This document shows, piece after piece, positions 54,803 through 64,000 of a stretch of DNA of 64,000 nucleotides. Under the pieces are notes generated by a model, which had not been told where the DNA came from, ran no database searches, and saw only the letters and a list, made by a program, of their open reading frames with translations. Origin of the DNA: Candidatus Bathyarchaeia archaeon (GTDB lineage Archaea > Thermoproteota > Bathyarchaeia > 40CM-2-53-6); NCBI GenBank assembly GCA_049513715.1, contig JBEKVV010000004.1:160001-224000 (forward strand), read 5' to 3'. The translations under genes and the position numbers were made by a program. Numbering within the stretch: position 1 is the stretch's first letter; each line of letters begins with the position of its first letter.

Positions 54803-55939
54803 ATGGATTTCTCACGCAGCAAACGGCAGGAAGACGTCGCGAGAAAGGCTAGACGTTTCGTTGAGGACCACGTTCAGGCTAAGGCTGACCGTTGGGACAA
54901 GAGCAACAAGTTCCCGCTTGAAGCATGGCGCGCTCTAGCAAAGGCAGGACTGGCAGGGATACCCATTCCTCGTAAGTATGGGGGAGGTGGGGAGGACGTC
55001 GTCAGCTATGCTCAGGTTGTGGAAGAAATCTCGCGTGCCTCAGCAGCGCTGGGGGTCACGTTGGCTGTGCATGTATCACTCGTCAGCCAACCGCTGCTGT
55101 GGTATGGAACTGAGAGACAGAAGATGCGCCACCTCAAACCCCTCGCCCAAGGAAAGCAGTTCGGATCCTTCTGCCTAACCGAACCCGGGGCGGGCAGTGA
55201 TGTTGTTTCCATGGAAACCAAAGCAGTCCCGGACGGGGAGGATTATGTCATTACTGGCCGGAAGTATTTCATCGTCAACGCGCCCTTGGCAAGCACGTAC
55301 TTAGTGTTCGCGATGACCGACAAATCCCTCGCACACCGTGGCATGTCATGCTTCATTGTCAAACGAGAGATGCCTGGCGTTAAGATTGGGAAGATATTCG
55401 ACAAGATGGGCATTCGTTCATCGATGGTCTCGGAGGTTATCCTAGATCATGTTCACGTCCCAGCCGAGAACATGCTCGGCCAACGCGGGGACGGATTCAA
55501 AATTGCAATGGACACACTGGATTGTGGACGAATCAGCATCGCCGCGCAGGCGGTTGGAATCGCTCAAGCTTCACTTGATGCAGCCGTCCGATATGCTCGG
55601 TCGAGGGTTCAGTTCGGCAAACCCATCTCGGACTTGGAGGCGATCAAATGGATGATTGCCGATATGGCCACCGATATTGAAGCAGCCCGCCTCCTCACGT
55701 ACAAAGCAGCGTACCTCACTGATCGGGGGCGCAAGCATACGAAGGAAGCTAGCATGGCGAAATTGTTCGCTGCGTCGACGGCTGTTGAGGCGACGAGGAA
55801 GGCGCTTCAGATTCACGGCGGGTACGGTTACATGACCGACCTACCACTGGAGCGGTACTACCGGGACGCTAAGATTACGGAAATTTACGAGGGCACCTCA
55901 GAAATTCAGCGACTGATTATCTCCAACGAACTCCTCTAA
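54803..55939 (+). CDS. Acyl-CoA dehydrogenase (butyryl-CoA type)
   Basis: LTEPGAGSD, KMGIR, RVQFGKP, HGGYGY and IYEGTSEIQ motifs. Confidence 0.95.
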   Translation: MDFSRSKRQEDVARKARRFVEDHVQAKADRWDKSNKFPLEAWRALAKAGLAGIPIPRKYGGGGEDVVSYAQVVEEISRASAALGVTLAVHVSLVSQPLLWYGTERQKMRHLKPLAQGKQFGSFCLTEPGAGSDVVSMETKAVPDGEDYVITGRKYFIVNAPLASTYLVFAMTDKSLAHRGMSCFIVKREMPGVKIGKIFDKMGIRSSMVSEVILDHVHVPAENMLGQRGDGFKIAMDTLDCGRISIAAQAVGIAQASLDAAVRYARSRVQFGKPISDLEAIKWMIADMATDIEAARLLTYKAAYLTDRGRKHTKEASMAKLFAASTAVEATRKALQIHGGYGYMTDLPLERYYRDAKITEIYEGTSEIQRLIISNELL

Positions 55940-55955
55940 GGAGCAAAAAGCAGCC

Positions 55956-57380
55956 ATGAAAACAAAACAACAGTACTTGCAAAGCATGAGGAAACTGAAC
56001 GCAGAAGCCTACATGCGCGGCAAGCGCATCTCGGATGTGACCAAGAATTCGTTCACGCGGTTGGCTTTGGAGGGGATCGGCCAAATCTACGACCTATCAG
56101 AGAAGAAAAGATTCGCCAGCCTGTTGACCAGAAAAAGAGAGAATGGGGCATGGATTAGTGCGTACTGTTCAATTCACCGGTCCAAGGAGGATCTAGTGAA
56201 CCGCGTTCGCGCCGCGCGGCTTGTCTGTCAAGAGACGGGGGTTTGTACTGCCAGCCGTTGTTGCGGGTGGGACGCTTTGAATGCCTTGTGGTATACGACC
56301 CATGAAATCGACACGCACCTTGGGACGAATTATCACAAGCGGCTCAGGCGTTATGTGGCGATGGTGCAAAACAAAGACCTGACCTGCGCAGGGGCGTTGA
56401 CGGACCCGAAGGGAAACCGATCCCTGAAGCCCAAGCATCAGCCAGACAAGGACGTCTACCTCAGGGTGGTTGACGAGAACAAGAAGGGAATCGTTGTGCG
56501 AGGGGCCAAGAGCATGATTGGTGGAGCCATTGGCTCGCACGAAATCATCATCCTGCCAGGAACCGGGTTCACTGAGGCTGAGAAGGAGCACGCCGTTGCC
56601 TTCGCTATACCGCTCAACACCAAAGGGATCGTTCAGGTTGTGAACATGCAAGCGGGCGCGGAGAGAAAGATGCAGAACGGTTTCGATAAGGGTAATGTGA
56701 ACTTCGGCTCCTCCGAATCCCTAGTCATCTTCGACGACGTCTTCATTCCCAAGGAACGCGTGTTCATGAACGGTGAGTACGAGTACGCTGCAGAGGCTGT
56801 TGCGAAGTTCGTTTTGTTGCACCGCATGGTGCTGGGTGGCTGCTTGGCCGGCTGCGGAGACGTACTAACAGGCGCGGCTGCGCTCCTCGCCGAATACAAT
56901 GGCCTTTCCCGGCAACAGTCGGAACGGTTAACGGAGATGACGTACCTGTCGGAGGCGTTGTACTCGCAGGCTTTGGGCTCTGCCCATGAAGGACAGGGAA
57001 CGCCTTCAGGCGCGTGGTTCCCCGACCCACTCCTTGCAAACGTCACCAAGATCAGTGTGGCACGCCTGCCCTACGAGATTCAGAAGATAGCCGAAGACAT
57101 TGGAGGCGGCATGGTCTCCAGCATGCCATCAGAACTGGACCTGAAGAATGCTCGAGTCGGCCCCTTGGTTGAGAAATATTACCGAGGAACGGGCGGTGTT
57201 GCTGCTGAGAAGAAGCTGAGGGCGGCTAAATTGATTGAGAGCATGATCGCAGGCCCCGGAAGGCTTGGAGCCTTATGCATGCACGGAGGCGGGTCCCCCG
57301 CAGCGGCCCAAATGACCGTCAGGCAGCTTGCGGAACTAGAGCGAAAGAAGGAACTGGCCAAGAAACTCTCAGGAATCTAA
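55956..57380 (+). CDS. 4-hydroxybutyryl-CoA dehydratase-like protein (HpaB/AbfD family)
   Basis: CTASRCCGWD, TDPKGNRS, VRGAK and MHGGGSP motifs. Confidence 0.82.
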   Translation: MKTKQQYLQSMRKLNAEAYMRGKRISDVTKNSFTRLALEGIGQIYDLSEKKRFASLLTRKRENGAWISAYCSIHRSKEDLVNRVRAARLVCQETGVCTASRCCGWDALNALWYTTHEIDTHLGTNYHKRLRRYVAMVQNKDLTCAGALTDPKGNRSLKPKHQPDKDVYLRVVDENKKGIVVRGAKSMIGGAIGSHEIIILPGTGFTEAEKEHAVAFAIPLNTKGIVQVVNMQAGAERKMQNGFDKGNVNFGSSESLVIFDDVFIPKERVFMNGEYEYAAEAVAKFVLLHRMVLGGCLAGCGDVLTGAAALLAEYNGLSRQQSERLTEMTYLSEALYSQALGSAHEGQGTPSGAWFPDPLLANVTKISVARLPYEIQKIAEDIGGGMVSSMPSELDLKNARVGPLVEKYYRGTGGVAAEKKLRAAKLIESMIAGPGRLGALCMHGGGSPAAAQMTVRQLAELERKKELAKKLSGI

Positions 57381-57904
57381 CCCTACACCCGGGTCAAGAG
57401 TTCGGATCCTCCCGGACCCGCCACATCACCCGTCATTTCTGCCGGCAAGTTGGGTTCAGCTCTCCTCCCCCGCACCACAAATTGGACGCCGCACCGACTT
57501 GAGACGCGGTTCGAAATCCCTGCCCCATCTCTCTCAATATTCCCCTAGAATTGGTGGAACTTTCTTCCTAAGCACGCTATGAGTTTCGGATCGAGTTTGC
57601 TGTTTCATATCCCATGATTCTACCCATTTCGCGGAATATGTCCCCAGCTTAGATCGAAAAGTATGAGACCTTAACGTGTGCCCAGCTCTTGCTTGATTAC
57701 TTAGGAAACATCATTCGAACAGTTTTATCTTTGCGGGACCCTTGTCTCAAGCTGAGTCGATAGATGATGGGCATGTTAGCTTTCACGCTCCTAGGGGCAG
57801 TGATCGCAGAAGTGCTTGCAAGATATTTGATCTGGCGCGGCCGGTCAGAAACTTAGTTCATGAGAGAGAGTCGTTTTCCGATTTTCCAAATGGAGATGGG
57901 ACGA

Positions 57905-58867
57905 ATGAAGAGGATAGCCGTGGTTACAACTGGTGGAGATGCGCCTGGCATGAATGCTGCTATCAGAGGCGTTGTCCGTATTGCGTGTTCAAAGAAGTTT
58001 CAAGTTGTGGGTTTCAGGAGAGGGTGGGAAGGCTTGATTACAAATACGTTTACCCAGTTGACGCCTCGATCCGTAGGCGGCATTCTACAGTTAGGTGGAA
58101 CAATTCTGCATACATCAAGATGCCAGGAGTTCGAAAAGAGAGAAGGAATCAGGAAAGCTGCGGAAACTCTCGCATTGAATCATATTGACGGACTTGTGAT
58201 CATTGGCGGTAACGGCTCTTTCAAGGGCGCTCTTGACCTTAGCGCATACACGGATACAATGATGGTTGGAATTCCTGCGTCAATCGACAACGATGTCTTT
58301 GGAACAGATGAAACCATAGGTTTTGACACGGCTGCAAACACAGCAGTCGCCGAAATCGATAAGATCCGAGACACGGCAGTTTCCCATGAGAGAGTTTTCA
58401 TGATTGAAGTGATGGGGCGAGAAAGAGGTTTTCTCGCGTTGGAGATCGGCCTCACCGTTGGCGCGGAGATAATTCTAGTTCCAGAAGTGAAATATCAAAA
58501 CGAGAACCTCTTCGAGACCGTAAGAGAAAACATGGCCAAAGGAAAGAAGTCAGGCCTGATCGTGGCGGCTGAAGGAATAGGAGACACTCGTCTTCTTGCA
58601 GGGCAGATCCAGCGAAACACAAAGGCAGAGGTCAGATTGAGCATCATAGGCTACGCTCAAAGAGGCGGCAATCCCACGGCGAGGAGCAGGCTCTTGGCGA
58701 GCTTGTTCGCAGACAAAGCGATCCAGCTATTGTCACAGAAAGACGGTGGCAGAGTAGTCGGATTGCAAGATGGCGAGATTGGAAGTGTGGAGCTTCAGAA
58801 ATCATGTAATACGAAGAAGGTTTTGGATCCAAATCTACTTAGACTGGCTAATTTACTTGCAACATGA
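57905..58867 (+). CDS. pfkA: ATP-dependent 6-phosphofructokinase (bacterial PfkA type)
   Basis: TGGDAPGMNA, GGTILHTSR, SIDND, EVMGR and QRGG motifs. Confidence 0.93.
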   Translation: MKRIAVVTTGGDAPGMNAAIRGVVRIACSKKFQVVGFRRGWEGLITNTFTQLTPRSVGGILQLGGTILHTSRCQEFEKREGIRKAAETLALNHIDGLVIIGGNGSFKGALDLSAYTDTMMVGIPASIDNDVFGTDETIGFDTAANTAVAEIDKIRDTAVSHERVFMIEVMGRERGFLALEIGLTVGAEIILVPEVKYQNENLFETVRENMAKGKKSGLIVAAEGIGDTRLLAGQIQRNTKAEVRLSIIGYAQRGGNPTARSRLLASLFADKAIQLLSQKDGGRVVGLQDGEIGSVELQKSCNTKKVLDPNLLRLANLLAT

Positions 58868-58978
58868 AAACACAACCAACGCCTTCGCGTAGGGTCTTGA
58901 TACGATAGCGAAGCTATGTCAGACTGAGATAATGATATAGAGAAGACCTCGGTTCAATGGAGAAGGAAGTATTATTTC

Positions 58979-59746
58979 TTGAGCATGAATGTCTTCCTCA
59001 CTAAAAATAGGGGTTTGCTCCTTGCATATGATCAGGGGCTCGAGCATGGGCCTACGGATTTCAATGAAAAGAATGTTGATCCAGCCTTCATCATGAACCT
59101 CGCAGTTGAGGGGAGGTTCAGTGGAGTAATATTCCAGAAGGGATTGGCTGAGAAGTACTACGACGGTAAGGTACCCCTAATCGTTAAGGTCAACGGGAAG
59201 ACGAACCTCGTCAAAGGAGAACCATTGGCAAGACAATTATGCAGTGTAAAAAGGGCAGCCGAGATTGGTGCGAAGGCGGTCGGATACACGATTTTTGCAG
59301 GTAGCGCTCACGAGAGCCTCATGTTTGAGGAGTTTGGAAGAATACAGGAAGAGGCTCATAGACTCAATATGGCAGCGGTCACGTGGGTTTACCCTCGTGG
59401 AGCAGCAATAAAGAATGATACGGCTCCTGAGATTGTTGCCTACGCCGCGAGGATAGGTCTAGAGGTCGGCGCCGACGCTGTCAAGATAAAGTATCCGGGT
59501 GATGTTGAATCGTTCAAATGGGCGGTAAAGTCCGCCGGAAAAGTGAAGGTCTTCATGTCGGGCGGACCGAAAGCTGCGTCGGAAACTGACTTCCTAAAGC
59601 AGGTTAGAGGGGCGCTCGACGCTGGTGCCACAGGGCTGGCAGTGGGTCGCAACGTATGGCAAAGTTCGGATCCTGTAAGAATGGCCCACGCGCTGAGAAG
59701 ATTAGTTATTGAAAATCGTTCTGTGAAGGAAGCGCTTCGGGCTTGA
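58979..59746 (+). CDS. Class I (DhnA-type) fructose-bisphosphate aldolase
   Basis: AYDQGLEHGP, WVYPRG, AVKIKY, SGGPK and GRNVWQ motifs. Confidence 0.9.
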   Translation: MSMNVFLTKNRGLLLAYDQGLEHGPTDFNEKNVDPAFIMNLAVEGRFSGVIFQKGLAEKYYDGKVPLIVKVNGKTNLVKGEPLARQLCSVKRAAEIGAKAVGYTIFAGSAHESLMFEEFGRIQEEAHRLNMAAVTWVYPRGAAIKNDTAPEIVAYAARIGLEVGADAVKIKYPGDVESFKWAVKSAGKVKVFMSGGPKAASETDFLKQVRGALDAGATGLAVGRNVWQSSDPVRMAHALRRLVIENRSVKEALRA

Positions 59747-59787
59747 AGATTGGAAGGCTTCAAGCATGGACATAATGAAGTGACGAT

Positions 59788-60717
59788 ATGAGAGTCAAGC
59801 TGGTCCGAAGCCCCAAGAATCCCATCATTGAACCAAGATCCGAGGTAGCATGGGAAATCATGGCCACCTTCAATCCCGGAGCTGCAAAAAACGGTGAGGT
59901 TATTCACATACTGTATAGGGCGGTCAACGAACACAACATTTCGTCCCTTGGCCATGCAACAACGAAAGACGGCGAAACGATCGTTGACCGATCTCTGGAA
60001 CCTGCCCTCGCCCCGGTTGACACTTGGGAAGAACTTGGCTGTGAAGACCCGCGCATAACAGCCTTCGATGGAGGATTCTACGTTTTCTATACGGCGTATT
60101 CGCGACGAGGCCCTCGAATTGCCTTGGTCTCGACAAATGACTTTAGGAGATACGAACGCTACGGATTGGTAGGTCCGAACTACGACGACAAGGACGCCGC
60201 CCTCTTTCCTCAGCTCATCCGCGGGAAATTCGCCGTTGTACACAGAATAGAACCAAACATCGAATTGGCTTTCTATGATAGCATCAAGCAGATGGAGAAA
60301 GTTTCGCAAAATCCATACTCGAAGAACTACCTCAAACGCATCGAAGCAGACACTATCATGAAACCAAAGTGGAAGTGGGAAGAGAAGAAGGTTGGAATTG
60401 GCCCCCCGCCGATCCGAACCAACGCTGGATGGATAGTCATCTATCACGGCGTGGATTCTAACACTGTATATCGTGCAGGGGCAGCCCTCCTTGATCTTGA
60501 AAACCCATTCCGAGTGATCGCCCGAACTCCGGAACCCATCCTAGAACCGGAAGAAGAATTCGAAAGGGTCGGAGTGGTACCTAATGTTGTTTTCCCGGAA
60601 GGTGCAGTCGTGGTAAAGGATGACCTCAAGGTCTTCTACGGCGGAGCAGACAGAATCTGCTGTGTCGCGAGTGTCCCAATGAAATTGCTGATAGAAGCCT
60701 TAGAAAGCTACAGCTAG
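59788..60717 (+). CDS. Glycoside hydrolase family 130 (mannoside phosphorylase-like)
   Basis: FNPGA, EDPRIT, KDAALFP, YHGV, VPNVVFP and YGGAD motifs. Confidence 0.88.
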   Translation: MRVKLVRSPKNPIIEPRSEVAWEIMATFNPGAAKNGEVIHILYRAVNEHNISSLGHATTKDGETIVDRSLEPALAPVDTWEELGCEDPRITAFDGGFYVFYTAYSRRGPRIALVSTNDFRRYERYGLVGPNYDDKDAALFPQLIRGKFAVVHRIEPNIELAFYDSIKQMEKVSQNPYSKNYLKRIEADTIMKPKWKWEEKKVGIGPPPIRTNAGWIVIYHGVDSNTVYRAGAALLDLENPFRVIARTPEPILEPEEEFERVGVVPNVVFPEGAVVVKDDLKVFYGGADRICCVASVPMKLLIEALESYS

Positions 60718-60734
60718 AATCCGTCCTATCAAAG

Positions 60735-61517
60735 CTGGTAAATTCCATATCGCATAGGAAAATCATCATCTTCGATCTTGACGGTACTCTGACAAAGAGC
60801 AAGTCAGACCTTGATCATGAAATGGCTTCGCTGATTTGCGAACTGCTCCGGCTAAGATACGTTGCAGTGACCTCAGGCTGTTCTTTTCAACAGTTTGAAA
60901 GCCAATTCCTGAGTGGACTGCCAGGGAGCAGCAACCTACGCAACTTGCTCATGTTTCCGACCTGCTCGGCCAGTGGTTACTATTTTGACAGAAAACGGCG
61001 TCGTTTCTCTCAAGCTTACACTAATCTCCTGTCCGCACAGGACATCAAGAAAATACTCAGATCATTCCAAAGAGTCTTCGCGGAAACCGACTATGTTCAC
61101 CCAGCAAAGACATACGGACCAGTTTTCGAGAACCGGGGGAGTCAGCTCACATTCTCCGCCCTAGGCCAGAAGGCTCCGCTGCGTTTCAAACGTAAATGGG
61201 ATCCCAATCAGCAGAAGCGTCTGAAGATCAGAAGGCTCCTGAGAACGCGGCTGCCCGACTTCGAGATATCTATTGGCGGAACCACCTCCATCGACGTCAC
61301 GAGAAAAGGCGTTGACAAGACATTATGCGTAAAGAAGCTGAAAGAACATCTCGGTGTGGAACGGAAAGACATGTTGTTTGTCGGGGATGCTCTGTTCAGA
61401 GGTGGGAACGACTACATCATGAAGAGCACGGGTATTAGGTGCATATCAGTCTCGGGCCCGAAGGAAACGAAGGAACTGATAAGAAGGATAATTCAGAACG
61501 TCAAAGTCGTACCTTGA
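60735..61517 (+). CDS. HAD-IIB phosphomannomutase-like phosphatase
   Basis: In-frame IIIFDLDGTLT upstream of the tracked ATG; ENRGSQ, GGTTSID and GDALFRGGND motifs; start inferred (CTG). Confidence 0.75.
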   Translation: MVNSISHRKIIIFDLDGTLTKSKSDLDHEMASLICELLRLRYVAVTSGCSFQQFESQFLSGLPGSSNLRNLLMFPTCSASGYYFDRKRRRFSQAYTNLLSAQDIKKILRSFQRVFAETDYVHPAKTYGPVFENRGSQLTFSALGQKAPLRFKRKWDPNQQKRLKIRRLLRTRLPDFEISIGGTTSIDVTRKGVDKTLCVKKLKEHLGVERKDMLFVGDALFRGGNDYIMKSTGIRCISVSGPKETKELIRRIIQNVKVVP

Positions 61518-61854
61518 TGTTGAAGGTAAAGACGCATGAATCCAAGCCGTACCTCGACCTGTTCACCAAGTTCAAAAGCCATCCTTGCCTACATCGATGG
61601 AAACCACGATATGTGAGGTGTCGTATCCCATTGGCCCCATGGCAGCTTCATCCTCAAAACATGTCTAAAAGCCCCTGACTTTCAGGATAACGAAACTAAA
61701 CTCTATTGTTAAATGAATGGGAAGGTGCGTTTAGTTCAGGTAACTCGTGACTAACGGTAGCACTTCAGCGGCTTCTGGCTTGAGAACTAGGGTTTCCACT
61801 GGTTACTCTGCGCGAAGCGGCTTCGGAGACCAAACGATTCCCCTTCGATCAGGC

Positions 61855-62808
61855 TCAGGCTTCGACGTGAAGGCATTGTCGTACTTTGTTTTTCTCAAGG
61901 TCGATGACGTATCCTCTCAAGATTCCGCTCTGGTACTCGCTCCCAGCGTTGAAACAAATTGTCTTGCCTATCTTCACTTCTCCCGGTGACTCATGAATAT
62001 GTCCATGCATGCCGACCAAGGGCTGGTATTCTTCGATGGCCTTCAGAACCGCCGTGCTTCCTACAGGTATCTTCATCAGTTCTCCTGTGGCGACGACTGG
62101 TCGCAAATCTTTGTCAAGTTTGGGCGCTGTATCTAGGCCAGTGCCAAATGGGGGGCAGTGGAAGTTGAATATGCTGTTCTTGGCGTCTTTCAGCATTGAC
62201 GCCATGTGGTCGATTTTCGCTTTGAGTTCTTCTTCTGAACATTCACGGGGTGTTTTCCATGGGGTCGGATTACTGTAGCCTGTGCTTATCATTTCATGGC
62301 CTTCGCCAATCTCAAGGGCTTTGTCCTCCGGGTTCACAATGAAACCCGACTTGTTGATAATTTCTCCAATCTCAGTTGTATCGTCGTTTCCGGGCATCAT
62401 GTAGCAGGCAACGCCGGTGCCTTTCAATCTCTCTTCGGCGATTCGAACCCAGCGTTCCATTTCCTCAAGCACGTGTTTATGCAAGGTGGCCCCCTGCTGA
62501 GCAGGGTTTGCCCAAATTTCTTCGTGCCGCTGTTTAGTTACAGTGTCATAGTAGTAGCCGACGTTCCTAATTCGTTTGATGAGATCTTGGAGTTCTTGCT
62601 TCGAGGTGACAATTTCCTTCGAGCCTAGAAACGTGGTTTCATACGTCCCATTCTCCAAATCGACAATCGGTACCATTGCCTTCCCGGTTAGATCTCCTGA
62701 AGCGATTACGACTTGGGCTTTGTAAATCTTCAATTTGGCTGCGTTCACGAATTTCAGGAACGTGCTCTCAGAGCCATGAAGGTCACAGGCGTAGTAGATT
62801 CTTATCAT
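61855..62808 (-). CDS. Calcineurin-like metallophosphoesterase
   Basis: DLHG, GDLTGK, PGNDD, HCPP and HGHIHE motifs. Confidence 0.88.
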   Translation of the reverse strand: MIRIYYACDLHGSESTFLKFVNAAKLKIYKAQVVIASGDLTGKAMVPIVDLENGTYETTFLGSKEIVTSKQELQDLIKRIRNVGYYYDTVTKQRHEEIWANPAQQGATLHKHVLEEMERWVRIAEERLKGTGVACYMMPGNDDTTEIGEIINKSGFIVNPEDKALEIGEGHEMISTGYSNPTPWKTPRECSEEELKAKIDHMASMLKDAKNSIFNFHCPPFGTGLDTAPKLDKDLRPVVATGELMKIPVGSTAVLKAIEEYQPLVGMHGHIHESPGEVKIGKTICFNAGSEYQSGILRGYVIDLEKNKVRQCLHVEA

Positions 62809-62889
62809 CCGACTGGCCTTTCCAATTCATGTGATTGATGAATCGTTTATACCGGTTATGGTTGAGTTGCAGGGATAACAGGGTTGGCT

Positions 62890-63999
62890 TCACACGCAGA
62901 ACTCAACAGCAGTTCTGAAATATGTTTTGGCGAATCCCGTTAGCTCTTTCGCATCAACGTTCTCATCGTAGCCGTGGATTACTGTCATGTTGCCTGGGCC
63001 GAACCAAACAGTAGGTATTCCTCTGAGCCTGAAGGCGTGGGCGTCGCTTGTTCCGGTTGAAAGAAAGGGCTTCGGATCGCTTCCCATGATTGAGTGAGAA
63101 GCCTTCCCCAAGATGTTGATGAATTCAAGTTTGGGAGAAGTGAAATTTGGATCCGACTCGAGCAGTTTCTCGACCACAACACCAGTGTTTGCTAGGAGCT
63201 CTGTTGTGCGCTCCATCGCCTTGGCCGCCGTGATGCTGGGCGCAAGACAAAGTGCAATATCGGCTTCCGCGCTGTCTGGTACCATGTTGATCATCGTTCC
63301 TCCTCGTATTGTTCCTATGTTCACGGAGGTGTGAGTGAGTAGCTTTTTCGCCTCCATAAGTCGCCCTGCCGCTCCCATCATGGTTGCGTATTGTTCCACT
63401 AATTCCTCTGAGAATGGAAGAACCTCTTTTACCTCTCCTGGGATGGGTGGTTCATCGTTCCAAATGGCAGCGAGTGCGTCGAGTGCCCCATTTAACCTCA
63501 GAATCGCGCTGTCCCCGAGGACTGGTGAGGAACCATGAGCCGGTTTGCCAGTGGCTTTCAACCTTAACCAAAGGTCTCCTCTATCCCCCACCCCAATCGC
63601 ATCCTGGCCTGTGGGCTCTCCCATGATGCAACCCTCGCCAGCAACAACTCCGGCGTCTATCAGTTTATAGAGAAGTTTTCGAGCAGGATCGAAGTTCTCT
63701 TCGTCAGGTACTGTAATTAACTGCAGGTTCTTTCGAAGCTTGATGTCCAGTTGTCCTAATACCTTGAAGGCTAAGAGGAGCGCCGCTAAGCCCCCCTTCA
63801 TGTCTGAGGCTCCTCGTCCCAGAACCTTTCCATCAGTTGTTGTCTTCCCCGAGTATGGGGGAAAGCTCCACCGCTTCCGGTCCCCTGCAGGAACAACATC
63901 AGCATGGCCGTAGAAGACGAGGCCGGGCTCGGCTTTTCTGCCGAGGTTCGAGACGAGATGTTCCTTGCCTTTCTCTTTCGAGTGGATTCGTGAGGAGAC
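62890..63999 (-). CDS. M20 (ArgE/DapE) family metallopeptidase/deacylase, 5' end outside window
   Basis: Frame open to the edge; GHADVVP, GRGASDMKGG, PDEE, GEPT and AHGS motifs. Confidence 0.88.
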   Translation of the reverse strand, partial: VSSRIHSKEKGKEHLVSNLGRKAEPGLVFYGHADVVPAGDRKRWSFPPYSGKTTTDGKVLGRGASDMKGGLAALLLAFKVLGQLDIKLRKNLQLITVPDEENFDPARKLLYKLIDAGVVAGEGCIMGEPTGQDAIGVGDRGDLWLRLKATGKPAHGSSPVLGDSAILRLNGALDALAAIWNDEPPIPGEVKEVLPFSEELVEQYATMMGAAGRLMEAKKLLTHTSVNIGTIRGGTMINMVPDSAEADIALCLAPSITAAKAMERTTELLANTGVVVEKLLESDPNFTSPKLEFINILGKASHSIMGSDPKPFLSTGTSDAHAFRLRGIPTVWFGPGNMTVIHGYDENVDAKELTGFAKTYFRTAVEFCV

Positions 64000-64000
64000 G

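Noticed and set aside
59440..60447. 335-aa minus-strand ORF
   Set aside because: Antisense shadow of the aldolase and GH130 genes

Overview
Archaeal chromosomal segment, most consistent with a TACK archaeon such as Bathyarchaeia (rpoH, unsplit rpoB, unsplit rpoA'/A'', rpl30e, nusA at 25.6-33.8 kb). 1-21 kb is a catabolic cluster: amidinotransferase/arginine deiminase-like enzyme, ECF transporter, carbamoyltransferase, saccharopine dehydrogenase-like enzyme, LutBC, IOR, ADP-forming acyl-CoA synthetase, LarA, thiolase/DUF35 and Acs, with a ParB-HTH-V4R-like protein inside it. 34.9-35.44 kb is an intergenic stretch with many nested inverted repeats, a candidate large ncRNA. 38.55-44.98 kb holds two IS6-type TIR-bounded elements abutting in tandem, with the same 8-bp AACTTAAC at all three junctions: one carries a SWIM/DDE transposase, the other is transposase-free and carries co-oriented genes separated by a GTGTGTGTGCGCACCA hairpin repeat. 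A further TIR-8bp-TIR junction lies at 54.15-54.19 kb. 45-54 kb encodes a cupredoxin/4Fe-4S/NrfD module, a wHTH regulator with a shared palindrome and metal transporters. The right end has acyl-CoA dehydrogenase, a 4-hydroxybutyryl-CoA dehydratase-like enzyme and a pfkA-aldolase-GH130-PMM cluster. All calls come from reading motifs by eye; no searches or folding programs were run.
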